Shown here: piece by piece, positions 38,201-51,341 of the stretch
Position numbering within the stretch: position 1 is the stretch's first letter
Layout: every line of letters starts with the position of its first letter
Assembly: GCA_002269645.1 (NCBI GenBank)
Contig: NIVC01002383.1
Location: 33,587-97,586 of the forward strand
DNA: 64,000 bases
Direction: 5' to 3'
DNA from: Macrostomum lignano
Lineage: Eukaryota
Position numbers and translations under genes: made by a program
The notes under the pieces: model-generated
What the model was told of the DNA's origin: nothing
Database searches by the model: none
The model's input: the letters and a program-made list of their open reading frames with translations, nothing else

Positions 38201-39994
38201 TGAGGGCTCAATCAAATCGTGCTCTAATAGCTGCTGCACATGCCCGCTAACAAATTCTCGTTGTTCAGGGCTTTGCTTGCGCAGGGGAATTCTGACTGGA
38301 ATTTCATCGGTAGTCTCAATCTTGAATTCGCCCATCTGGGTCTTGCCGATATCCCACTGATCCTTCGAAACTATATTTTGATAACGATGCAAGAATTCAA
38401 TTACTTTTCTCTTCTGAGCCTCACTTAAATCGGTCTCGTTTAAGCGGAATTGCTCCCTAAGTCTATCAGCTTCTTGCACCGTAATTGCTGCCTTCGATTG
38501 CTTCTGCGCACCTACTTCTAAATCAGTTTCTGACATTGCGAAAAGTTCTACTTCTTCCTTCAGCGGTTGATACTGCGCCACTACTTCATCCTTATGAATT
38601 GTCTGTGCCTCTTCTGTCAGGTTCATTAATCTAACGTAAGTTTCGCCGAATTCGTCCAATCTAGTAATAGCTTTGGCTACTAATGGCTCATCTTTCTCGC
38701 TAATTTGACTCCGGCCTGAAATGAAGCCGAGTTCTGCAGTTTCTGGAGTATCTTTACATTTAGCCTTGACATAAATTTCGCTCATCGGTGCTATAGATAC
38801 TTTCTTGACTACTTGCAGTAGGACGCAACGCGTTTCATCACTCGTTGTTACAAGCGGAATTCTGCGATCACTAAATTCTAAGGATTTGCCTGCTATATCT
38901 AATTTAATTTTATGCCTAGTTAACAAATCGATGCCTATAATTGATGATGTTAGTAAGCCTTCAGCAACATAGAATGGGTGCGTAATCTCGCAGTCCCCGA
39001 ATCTAACGCGCAATGCTACTTGGCCTAATAAATTTGAAGTCTGGCCATTTGCGGATCGCATATTTACAGAGCATGGCTTCAGACTATGATTTGCCGGATA
39101 GAGGCGCTGATATAATTTATTATCAATTAGGCAATTCGAGGCGCCGGTGTCAACTAATATTTTTTCGCTTAATCCGTTAATCTGGCTATCGAGGAATAAT
39201 CCTGAATTCACTAATTGGCTAGATATGTCTGCTTCTACGGTCTTCTCTCGCTTCTCTGTTGCTTTCTTTTCAGCTGCCACATCTCGCTGGATGGCTGTCT
39301 CTAACTTCCTTAATTCCTGCTTCATTTCCCTAAGTTCAGCTCTAAGTTCTGTTGTCGTTGCACTACTGTCTAATACTACTTTCGCTGGCTCTTCTTGGAC
39401 TTTTCCTACCAAGCATTGGCGTAAGTCCTTCAGTTCGGTTCTAAGTTCTGACAATTCTTTTACTACTTTCGGTTCGTCTGATGAAGCTTTCTTGCCTTCC
39501 ACCTCACTGAGTCTCAAGTCTATGCTATTCAATGCGCTTCTCTGAGCTGCCGCAGCTTCGCTTCGCTTCTCTAATTCTTCTTTCAATTGCTCTGACTGTC
39601 TAGCTAAGCTCGCTGACTTCTGTTTGTTAATTTCTGCTAATCTGCGTTCCTCGCTTGAGCAAATTTTAACATTGACCGCTCTCTGTTTCCTACTATGAGT
39701 AGTATCGTTAGTGCGAATAAATTTTACTGTCGCCCTCTGGCGCAGAAAATGCATAATTTCGTAATCAGTTGCTATATTAGTATTAGTCACATGAAAGAAA
39801 ATATCTCTATTATTGCTATCTCGCAGGAATCCGTAGCCTCTGTAATAATTATACCAAACTAGATTGCCATATTCTACATTGACTGAGCTGTCTTGCTGGT
39901 CTTCTACTGCTGCAGCTCTTCTATTGGGAGTGAATCGGTTTAATGGCTGGGGGCGGTTGGCCCTCCCTTGGTGCCGCCCCGTCGGTAGTTTAAA
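35213..39994 (-). CDS. pol: Pol polyprotein (CSD-like domain, coiled coil, aspartic protease, RT, RNase H, integrase), reached by -1 frameshift
   Basis: Frame is open from just above 39994 to the stop at 35213. Motifs: GNLVWYNYYRGYGFL..DIFFH (CSD-like), LVDTGAS, YLDD, LDVDAC/TDHAAL, HDQMAH..CTEC, IDFAGP/SDRG/ERMVR, VGPY. Confidence 0.93.
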   Translation of the reverse strand, partial: FKLPTGRHQGRANRPQPLNRFTPNRRAAAVEDQQDSSVNVEYGNLVWYNYYRGYGFLRDSNNRDIFFHVTNTNIATDYEIMHFLRQRATVKFIRTNDTTHSRKQRAVNVKICSSEERRLAEINKQKSASLARQSEQLKEELEKRSEAAAAQRSALNSIDLRLSEVEGKKASSDEPKVVKELSELRTELKDLRQCLVGKVQEEPAKVVLDSSATTTELRAELREMKQELRKLETAIQRDVAAEKKATEKREKTVEADISSQLVNSGLFLDSQINGLSEKILVDTGASNCLIDNKLYQRLYPANHSLKPCSVNMRSANGQTSNLLGQVALRVRFGDCEITHPFYVAEGLLTSSIIGIDLLTRHKIKLDIAGKSLEFSDRRIPLVTTSDETRCVLLQVVKKVSIAPMSEIYVKAKCKDTPETAELGFISGRSQISEKDEPLVAKAITRLDEFGETYVRLMNLTEEAQTIHKDEVVAQYQPLKEEVELFAMSETDLEVGAQKQSKAAITVQEADRLREQFRLNETDLSEAQKRKVIEFLHRYQNIVSKDQWDIGKTQMGEFKIETTDEIPVRIPLRKQSPEQREFVSGHVQQLLEHDLIEPSESEWSCPIVLARKKSGEFRFCCDFRQLNNKTKKDSFPLPLIQESLESLAGNMYFSTLDMVGAYWSVKVRETDREKLAFRTHDGLFQWKVLPFGVTNGPACFQRIMQKILGDYAYKFALLYLDDVICTGKNFEEMLSNLELIFSRLADAGMKIKPEKTFLFRKEVTFLGHTVCQHGIYTSKDKIEKVQTWPRPENISELRGFLGLAGYYRRFIKDFARISEPLNNLTRKDVKYKWDDDCQKAFDLLKQKLVSAPVLSYPRFDSDAGPFILDVDACDVAIGGNLLQEQDGEEKVIAYASHPLNEHQLNYCTTMKEMFALIYFLEHYRPYLVGRRFKVRTDHAALQWLRKCHGAKGMLGRWNMILEQFDQFEVISRMEEYDFAIQYRQGIAHGNADALSRRPQRDGPPKRYHEECPTCSATKTATVHCGAINIDTPAGIVELQESQPELLLLKQKLRQGEPCPPKNEWVGMSRSYKSLFSDYEQLLVKNDIIYRNWVDSEGRKFEQIVLPENQALEQQLFRAYHDQMAHGGISKTKDLIRQRFWWPNYSTNLDRYIKTCTECQTRKKYGPKPRAPLEPEISSYMGEKVHIDFAGPFNATARGNKYLLLMVDHFTGWLEVKALRDCTAESTAWALYTEWITRHGAPEAFISDRGTSFTAELVKSLTENFRIDLRHTTSYHPQANGRCERMVRVVKDGIRLAQSELSLAWDEVLPHALMVQRSTVSESNKFSPFELVYGRKMRLPVDAELGLPSPERKTRDKHLHDLYKKCMESYRIAREKQQISVRRQKSNYDTKVFQQYYQPGDLVWIANTQNCYDTNRKWVGPYRVLEVRNNGKNLKIEPGPKVDRIEQPVRIHDVVTVDRTKPCYLSEEKLRQYREEEARSASDDGSEESERVQVEIQRPERIRFLQRERAHEATGSNIDRTVENTQTAANANQQAQASPAGSQARQIPVRTPPNLMHLSPVHSTPPQRAGTNNVSWIPRLRNRAAIRPPERYGYH
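39950..39994 (-). promoter_or_regulatory. -1 programmed ribosomal frameshift signal
   Basis: Minus strand T TTA AAC in gag phase (39994-39988), 7-nt spacer, then a perfect 7-bp stem GGGGCGG/CCGCCCC. The pol frame has a TAG four codons upstream of the heptamer. Confidence 0.85.
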
Positions 39995-40105
39995 GAATTT
40001 CGTCTAACTGGGCAGTCTCTAGCCAGGTGAGTTTCTTTGCCGCACTCATAACAGGCCTTTCTCGCATTTGGCGCGTTCGCCCCCGAAGGTTTGAACCTGT
40101 CATTG

Positions 40106-40443
40106 CCCGTACAACAATCCGACGTCGCACCGACCTCTGAACCGACGTCGTACGACGTCTATGTAACATTACGTGTTTCCTATTGGTCGGACGTCGGGCC
40201 GACGTCGAAGTCGTAGTCCAAAAATTTATTTCGCGCTGCTTTAACATTTATTTTCGCGGGATGAACTGGCAAGCAATACTGTTATGCTTAATTTAATTAT
40301 TTAAGGCGAATAACGTGAATTAAGGCGAATTTAATTTTCCGACTACGACCTCGACGTCAGCCCGACGTCCGACCAACAGGAAACACGTAATGTTACATAG
40401 ACGTCGTACGACGTCGGTCAGATACGTCGGATTGTTGTACGGG
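40106..40443. mobile_element. MITE (338 bp) with CCC...GGG TIRs and 3-bp TSD (CMC/EnSpm-like)
   Basis: Termini CCCGTACAACAATCCGACGT / ACGTCGGATTGTTGTACGGG are perfect, with longer imperfect arms. TTG is duplicated at 40103-40105 and 40444-40446. Confidence 0.92.
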
Positions 40444-42043
40444 TTGGCCCCTCCGGCCTCGTGACCAAAGCGTGACGGGCGTGTCATGGCGGGCCTGACA
40501 AATGGCGAAGACTGCCTATTATAGGGTCTCGAGTAACTGCTCATATGATGCTGTGGCCGAAAGCTATTCGGAGGCTGCACTGGTGCCTGTGGCCTATAGC
40601 TTGGGTTCATTTGTCTATGGGCGAACCTAGGTTGCCATTGCCTGTAGTCGAACTGAGGCTGATAATTCTGGTACGGTTGGTACTGCGAAGGATAATTGCT
40701 CGGGGAAGCAAACTGAGGTCCAAATGACTGGCGGCCCTGCCCCGCGCTGGGTGCTGCTACAGGCGTCTGTTCCTTCCCTACTTGAGCCGTTAACGTATTC
40801 GAGCCCTCTTGCTTCCTTCTACTCTTTTGGCTACCTGGGTTTGCGAGTTCTTCGAGGATCTCCTCATTCTTTGCTGCAGCCAGTAAATCTTGAGTCTGAT
40901 ACTTCGATTCATGGGTTCTACGATAGGCAATAACTGCGCGCCTGACTTTATAATTCGCTATGCCGGCTTCAAATCGTTCAGAAACTCGCTCCCTGGCCTG
41001 ACTCTCTAGTCCTGCCTTCCTAACTAATTCAACTAGTGCGTCGTAAAATTCTTCTAATGATTCGTCTTCCTTCTGCTTGCGGTTCATCAGCTCTAGCTTC
41101 GCTTCTTCCTTCTGTCCTACGGGCTTAAATTTGTCCTTTAAAGTCTTTTCGATGCTTTCAAATGATTCGGTGCTCGCTAGGCCTAAGTTAATGTAAACCT
41201 TGTAGGCGTCTTCGTCTAGGAGCGACAATAGTTGATACACTTTAGCCGATTCGTCTATACTGTTGCCTTGACAGTAGTTGTTGAAGATTCTTAGAAACAA
41301 TTCGAAATCTGAGCCAAGTCGGTATGGCTTGGGCTTTGCTACGCTGTTATGCGACTTCAAAATCACTCTAGGTTCGGGATTTTCGGTTTCCATTCTTCTT
41401 ATGCGATCCTGCAGTTCTCTCACTACTGTTCTCAAATGTTCGGCCTCATCTATTTCGCCTTCGTTCCTAATCTCAACTGACTTCGATTCTTGACTATTTT
41501 CTCCGTCCTGCGCCATTGCTAAGTTTCAACCAATTGGAATTTCTATTACTGCAACTTCAGAAAGTACAACTTGTAAAGCTATAACAATTTCAATAATCTA
41601 GCTTTCTATTTTATCTACTGAGCGGAATCGGTCGCCTCGCTCGCACTGGCAATAACTGATAAGAAAAACTGAATGTACACTGAGACAAATTCAACCAATG
41701 TACTCTCTAGTGCGCGCACTCGCAGACTATGCTGATAAACACTAATGAAATTTTCAACTGTAAACAAAATCTACTTTCACACGCAAGTTTCTATTAAAGT
41801 ACTAATTTTAGTTTTAGAAAGTCAAGTTTATTTTTCCCACTCCTAAATCCTATTCAGTATTTTGGGGTAACTGGCCAACCGCAAAACCACACCTAATGCG
41901 GAATTGCTGCACACTGCGTGGTTGACGAAATAGCCGCTACGAGCCTGGAACAGACTCGTTGAATTTTAGTCTAAGCTTGCTCACTTAGAGCGCCTACCAA
42001 TAAACTGCCGCCTGCTAACTATTGGATTCCCAGGGGCTCCACT

Positions 42044-43219
42044 TGTGATAAATAGGCAATTCGATAATAGCATGCACGGTGAGCAATTATTTAGGCCCTA
42101 GACAAACCTACTTGGAGCGTCAGAGATTTTAAAGCTATTAATCCTAATCGCCTATCGCCGGTCGGCGAGTTCTACCAGTCTTCTCCAATAGCCGCAGACA
42201 CAGTACAAGAAAATAAAGAACACGAGGAAACACAAACCGAAAGATTTTGAGAGTGATAATCCTATTTCAAGAATAACTAACTGAATTACTTGATTGACGG
42301 TTTAATTTGATTAGCTGAGTTACAAGATTTAGACAAACGACGCAGATAACTAGAGCTGACAAAACGACAATAACGGTTAATAAATAATGATTATATACGC
42401 ACTGACAAGCGGATCTTAGCTTGAAGAAGAAGGAGGCACCGAACACAGGACCACGGAGAAGACTCCTAACCCCTGGCCTAAGCCAGAACCTACTCTCAAA
42501 CGAGAGCCCTGCCGAACCGACCGTTCAACGGAGTACCGACTAAGTTCTATCGGCACTGCCCTTCAGTGTAACACTGGGGCCCTCGGGGTCGAGGCCGCGT
42601 ACTTGATCAGATCCGACAGTCTCTATCTAACCGCGCTTGATAGCGACGACTTCAGACAGGAATTTGCCGTAGACGTTACGCCACAAGACTACTGCGGTTG
42701 GGCGGGGACAAAGATATGGACCGGGGGTGATGAAATCAAAACGCCTCAAAGCGCGAACCAACAAGGAGAGGAAAAACGGGCCACCGGCCGGGAACTGGAC
42801 AAGACAAAACCGGGGAAAAGGAGCAAGCGAGATCCGATTGCCAAAACACACTTTCATATATAGTCAGAGTCAACCCCTCACAAAACCCCCCTCAAGCCGG
42901 GTGGTGGTCGTCTGGCCGGCCGCTTGCTAAGCCGATTTGCACTGTGCCCGCGGCGCCGGGTAGAACTGAAACTTGCCGCGTGCCAGGGTCCAGGCCGGTT
43001 CTGATTGGCTGACCGCGCAAAGCTGGGGTTCGCAGACAAACTCAACCCTCCGCTGAGTCACAAAATCGGCGTCTAACTCTAACCTGTTTACAATTTTAGA
43101 TTTCAACCAACTAGAAAAAGTACACAAAAAACGCATGACTAAACTAAAGCAAAATAACAATTCAATAACAATATAGAAACTAATGCAGTCAATTTACACG
43201 CAAAGATGCTCACACTACA
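42044..43219 (-). repeat. Putative 5' LTR of the Gypsy element
   Basis: TG...CA termini. A candidate PBS TGGAGCCCCTGGG follows 2 nt later on the minus strand (42041-42029). The inner boundary is unconfirmed because the second LTR is absent. Confidence 0.5.
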
Positions 43220-43992
43220 CTGACAGGTCCTACATCGACGTCCGTAAGTCAGAGAAGAACATGTCGGCAGTACTATATGGAGAGCCCACTGCCGCAGCCA
43301 AAACGAGCGGCGTGAGTGAGGTTGAAACAGCAATTGCCAACGGCAACTCCAATATTTCCGGACCGCAGGCTTTGGCTCTAAGTCAACAATGGTCCGCCCC
43401 TGTACTAAACTTCTACGGGCCAACCATGCACGATCAATTTCAGTTCCCCGACAAACAAGATGCAATAGTGATAGCAATAAAAAGTTGTAGACTAACGAAC
43501 TAAAACAACTATAACTGACTAAACGCTTGTTTACCGTTTTAACGTTCAATAAATATACGTGTTCTTGTTTTACTATCAATTTTAAGTTTGTCTATGGTAG
43601 CGGAGTTAACGCTACCAATAATCTCCGCGAGCTTAACACTAGGGACATAGGCAAGGCGAACAGGCAAAGTTGATTAAATTAAAATAACCCACTGAAACGA
43701 GGAGATACTCTATGGCAAAACCTCCTCGGCTTCGCCTCGGAGATTCTGCATAGAGTACGCGTATCTCCTCGTTTCAGTGGTTTATTACACATAGTAAAAT
43801 GCAATACAGATCAAACTCGTACAAAACTTGGATTTTTTTGGAAAATGAATAACCACCTTTAACCATAGACATAAGGCAAAAGTTTTTGATCAAAAACTCG
43901 CCTATGCAAGTAGACGATCTCAATTACTAACAAGCCATACCCAGATCTTCGTGTCAAGAGCCGCTTGAGCTAAATCATTTAAAATAATAATT

Positions 43993-44298
43993 ATGAAGCA
44001 TTTAGTACTGCTGTTGGTGCTAGTCATTCTCGTGTCTGTTGGTAAGCTGTCTGCTTTCATGCTACAGACACCTGCAATGTACTTCAGTATTTGTAAATGT
44101 TTGTGATTTGTTTTTTCGTGCACGTCCGCCACAACAGGTCTTGAATGCCTGGCCTGTCCCAGCAACTGCGCTTCAAGAATGCAACGATGCGAGAGCGACA
44201 GCGACTGCTGCTCAAAGTGCTGCGGACGCTATCCAGACCGGTCGCTGCGGTGTCAGGGCTCCTGCAGAAGAGGGCCGATTGGTGTACCTAAAAGTTGA
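43993..44298 (+). CDS. Small secreted cysteine-rich (knottin-like) peptide, copy 2
   Basis: join(43993-44041, 44138-44298); the exons appear identical to copy 1, with one intronic SNP seen. Confidence 0.85.
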
Positions 44299-44844
44299 TA
44301 AAGCACCCGATTGACCTCTTGCCGTCTTTGCAACCAGGCATAAACTTTATAACTACAGTTTGATTAAAATACAACTGCAATCTCAAAAACACATGCAAAA
44401 GTTTGAGAGGATCTTCCTATTTTTTGCCTAGATATATAGATACCGAAAAGAATAGGCTAAGATTTTAACATAGGATCCGACTATTTAATATAGCGTCAAG
44501 TTGAAGTTGTTGATAGGTTTAAAACGTTCAAAAGTGTTACGGTTAAACCATGGCTAAATGGGAGGCTTTAAGCCAAAGCTCACAAGTGTACTGATATATT
44601 ATGCTAGATAGGTGATGTTTTTGCTTTAACGCATTTTCCTAGTTAGGATATTTGCAAAAGCAACTGTACAGTGTCAAAAGCAACATGTAGTTTATAGTTT
44701 ATTTAAACAATTCTAATTGAAGCGCTTTGCGAGAAGACACACCCTTTAACGGTTTAAATTAAACTTTTTTGGCCGCTGTATCACAGTAAAACAAATGCTT
44801 ATTTTATTAATCTACTTCGATAAAAACGAACAAACAATTATATA

Positions 44845-45435
44845 TACTGTCCGTCAAAAGTTCCGGAACCCTTGCTACGATGTCTTCTAGCGGACGTAAT
44901 TTCAGTCCGTTTCAATTGTAACTTGATTCAAATGAAAGCTGCGGATCTCAGCTCCATGATGTGGTCAAGAAAAAGTTTATTCGAAGGAGCGCGTGTGAAC
45001 AGACCAGTGTTATGTACATAAAGGTTAGAGAAAAAAAGTGAGGAAAAGACAAACAAGCAATTGACTCTCCCATGAAAGCTGACTGCACAAGAATCCATAA
45101 GAGCCTGTTGATTTCAACACAAGTTTTGGCCATAGACTAATGTTAGCCAGGCTGAACACTGCGCGCAAATCGATTCCTTCCCATGTGTGTTTGCTCCATA
45201 GACTCAGCAACCATAGACAATTGCTTGTTTGTCTTTTTCTCACTTTTTTCTCTAACCTTTATGTACATGACACTGGCCTGTTCACACGCGCTCCTTCGAA
45301 TAAACTTTTTCTTGACTACATCATGGAGCTGAGATCCGCAGCTTTCATTTGAATCAAGTTACAATTGAAACGGACTGAAATTATGTCCGCTAGAAGACAT
45401 CGTAGCAAGGGTTCCGGAACTTTTGACGGACAGTA
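44845..45435. mobile_element. Tc1/mariner-type foldback MITE, copy 2
   Basis: Duplicate of 33858-34448. Confidence 0.85.
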
Positions 45436-45686
45436 TAATATAGTTGAGATGCTTAGTAACTATATTTAATGATTAGTACATAAGATTTTTAACCAATTCT
45501 ACAAAATAAAGCAATAAAGCGTTTGTTTTGTTACACACGCGGTTATTTTCTATGCACTTTTGTCTATGGTCGAGAAATAGGAGCCCAAGGACTTTTTGGG
45601 AGTTTGGCTTCAGCTTAGTAGTTCGGTTTACTTCTTGGTAGAGGCCTGCCTGTGACTTTGCTGATTAAAATACTCACAGCAACGCA

Positions 45687-48020
<2,334 letters not shown>

Positions 48021-49829
48021 CTAGCCAGTCATAATTCTGTTTTGTAACTAAGCGAAATTTGGTTTGCCTTTGCGTCAAGAACAAATGGCTTAATATTGTA
48101 GATAACTTGCATTTTAGATAGTAGTTAAAAAAAGTAGTATATAGAAACGTTTTCTGGTATTATCAAAAGTATTTATTGGCGTTGTCTAAGTATCAAAAAT
48201 AAAGCCAAAATTTTGGTCTTTGCAAGGCTCACTGCAACATCAATTGAGTCTGGTTTGGACAAATTGGATTTCAAGAATTTTTTAAAAGTCAAGTAGTCAA
48301 CTTATGAAAATTAATTTGAGGGCTTAAATTTGCTCTGGACTCACATAAATGTGAGTCTTACAACTTATCTACTTATCTGCCTTATCTACTTAGTGAATCT
48401 CTTCACATTTATGCTTAGACTTTTAGTCTTGAACTCAATAAACGAACGGTGGAACTCAATTACTTCAAAACTGATGAGCTCTAGAAATTCGGTAGAATTC
48501 ACGCTAGGGGCTGAGGTCTCATTTTTAGGCTTTGAGATTTTCAACGTCAGTAGCTTAGGCAAGCAACATGTGAAACCTTATTTTTCTTCCATATTACTGG
48601 CAAAATTATTGAACAAGTGTGTTCTCTATGGTGCGAGGATAGCTTATCTGGTGCTAGCCATGGGCTTTGGTTGAGCTAGAGCTATTAGGGAAGGCCAGTC
48701 TTTGAGAGTTTTTTTCGCTCTTTCTTACGCGTCTGTCTGCAGGTCCATCCCCCCCCCCCTCTTCTCGAGGTCGGTCTTGGGTGCGCTCGCTGTTGCTATT
48801 TTGTCTCTGGCACGTGCTGCTCTCGTCAAACCCCTGTCTGGCTGACCTCGCCTGTCAACCGCACCACCCTATAGCTCACCTTCTGTCTGCAATGGATACT
48901 GGGGCTGCTACAGTCGGTGTCACGCTTGGCTGCTTTCCACGGAATTGGCCTCTATTATTCCAGTTATTTTGCTTTATCTTTCTTTTCTTTTTGCGCCCTT
49001 ATTATACTTTTAATCTGGCCTTTCTTGGCTTGGCTTCTATTCGGCTTGGTCCATTCTTATGGATTTGTAAGCCTATATATAATTCTATTTGTATTCATTT
49101 ATATTTATTCCTTAACTCAGAACGCCACTAGTACAGACCCAGTCATGCCTTATAAGCTTTGAGCGGACAATACCAACGAACTTTCCTAGAACTCTCTTTT
49201 AAAAAAATATACGATCCTTAGCCAGTTTATTTTCAACCGGCACTAGCGTTGCTTCAGTTTGAGTAAAAGAAAAAAGCACAATTTATAGCGAAAAAATGGG
49301 CAGGACAGTTAGACGCTGTCGTGAGCTCGATTGTAGCTCGCATGCGAAAGAATGCTTTGAGAAACTCACCAGACCGCTCGTCGACGAGCTACTGTAAATT
49401 CTCGGGCCTCTCCAAACCCTACACAGGTGCGATTCGCGTACAATTATCATCAAATCAAGCGTTTTCCCGTCACTTCGAAGACTACTGTGTATATTTAAAT
49501 TTGAATTTGTCCAACTCGTTTCTCAGTTCAGCAGTTTTCTCGGCATAGTTTACTATATTTGAGACTATTAACTTTGAACTCAACTCCCCCAGTTGGCTGC
49601 AATTTTCTTCTCTCCGTCGTAGCGCCATGCAGTTTGCACAGACTGTGCGGTGAGTGAATGGAAAATTGTTCATTTGTTATTGCTTTGCTCAATGGTTTCA
49701 TTGCTCTTTCCTTGACTTATCTAATTTGTGTTTTTTGTCTGTTAGACTGATGTGTTCCTTATTACCCGAATTTCGATAATCAAGGAACAATCACTTCTAG
49801 CTCAGTAGCTAGGCAACCCAGTTATCAAA

Positions 49830-50405
49830 TAAAGGTACTTCTTAACTTGACTTTCTTGGAGATATCTCTTCAGGAGTTCTCTGGTAGATCTCGTGTAGAT
49901 ATTCTTGGACTCGTCGATTAGGTACCTTAGTTCTTCTGTCTTCTGGTCCTGGTTCCTTTGTAGTTCCGCTTGACGTTACTTCCGGCCGGTATCTGCAGTC
50001 AGGACCAATCAGAGGCCTCGTATTAACAATGGGATCCCTGCGCCAAATAGCGGTTTCTATTAAGCCTTCTTCTTCTAGTAGTGCCTCTATGCACCCTAGG
50101 TAATGCTCCAAATAGCTCTAGTAGTTCCTCTAAGATCTACTAGGGTAGTCCTTCGGGCGACTACAGCCAATGGAGTCTCAACAGACTCAAGAGTCTCAAC
50201 AGACTCAAATATACTCAAGACACAATAGACTTGAGCGAGACGTCTCAACAACAACTGGCGCAAATAAGAAAGGCTTACCGCAACACTCGACCAAGTCTTT
50301 CGTTCGACTGGTGAATCAGGGAGTCTTCCTAAAGACACCCTCTTCGGAGCTTCTCCTATCGTCGGGAGTTGGCTCCGGTCCCGCGTTGGGCCTCTTGTAT
50401 TTATA
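49830..50405 (-). repeat. Unclassified dispersed repeat, copy 2
   Basis: Collinear with 30545-31090. Confidence 0.6.
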
Positions 50406-50427
50406 GACGATTTGGTGATCCAAAAAT

Positions 50428-50532
50428 AGTATCATGACTCATGTGTTGCGCTATAAGGGGTAACATGACTCATTGCGTGCTATAATTAGTAACATGAATC
50501 ACTCTACTGCTATAAATAGTATCATGATTCAT
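50428..50532. repeat. Degenerate ~30-bp tandem repeat, 3.5 copies, with TGA(C/A/T)TCA and GCTATAA
   Basis: Units start near 50428, 50459, 50488 and 50518 (AGTA[T/A]CATGA[C/A/T]TCA...GCTATAA). Confidence 0.75.
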
Positions 50533-51341
50533 TTCTAAAGTTTAGGTGCGCATGCATGCACTAGCTTACTTACAGTAGCATTCTAAGATTTCTAATTCTT
50601 GCTCTTAACGGGAGGTAGAACACTCTACAAGACGTCACCAAGTTGACTGTGCCTGTCAAGATCGCTGCAGAAATCTTTGTAGCCAGGGAATCGGGCGGGC
50701 ATCCTAGAGGTCACTTCAGTGAATTATTCATCCATGCTCCGAATGTCCTGGCAGACAGCATTGGTTTCAGTAAAGTCATCCTCTATGTACGAGCGTAGAG
50801 AGAAGAGGCAGTAGGGAGTAGTGGCGGAGTACGGGATTTTAACACTCATTCTTCTAGCAATCTTGGGCCGATAGATTATTTAAACTTTGACCAAGATTTC
50901 AGTCGGTAAAAGATTTTTTAATATACCGGTATGATATTTATTGAATGCGAGCGATGCAATTCAACTGATTTATAATCGAATATGAAACTAGCCAGGAGAG
51001 AAGAGAGAAGGCAGATGATAGAAAAGGAGAGAGGAGAAGAGAGAAGTGAGCGGACCCGGTTGCTATTGTGAAGCTTTTAAGGACCCGAGGGCCGAGGTTG
51101 GGATAGAGAGGCTCCGCTGCCGTATGTGGCCCGCGGGACAAAGGGGTCGTATAATAAAGCCGTCGTAGCGTAAGCTCGATCGTACGTCGGAACCTACGGA
51201 GAACTACGGAGATAGGAGCTAAGAACGATCTTATCTTACGATGGCTTTATAGAACGGGTGGAAAGTTTGCCGACCGTTGATCTAAACAAGCAATTACTGT
51301 TTTACAGCCAGGAGAATTCACAGCTGTGCGAGACGCTCACA

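Larger units (their letters stand above)
39940..41516 (-). pseudogene. gag: gag (capsid plus CCHC knuckle), interrupted by a MITE
   Basis: Removing 40106-40443 plus one TTG copy restores a 411-aa ORF ending ...CYECGKETHLARDC...APSH*. Confidence 0.88.
34751..43219 (-). mobile_element. Ty3/Gypsy LTR retrotransposon; 5' LTR present, 3' LTR missing
   Basis: gag plus pol in PR-RT-RH-IN order. The minus-strand terminus TGTAGTGTGAGC at 43219 abuts the duplicated segment. I found no second copy of this terminus downstream of pol. Confidence 0.93.

Noticed and set aside
42565-42600. Plus-strand PBS look-alike (TGTAACA-C-TGGGGCCCTC)
   Set aside because: Opposite orientation to gag-pol and no plus-strand retroelement ORF follows.
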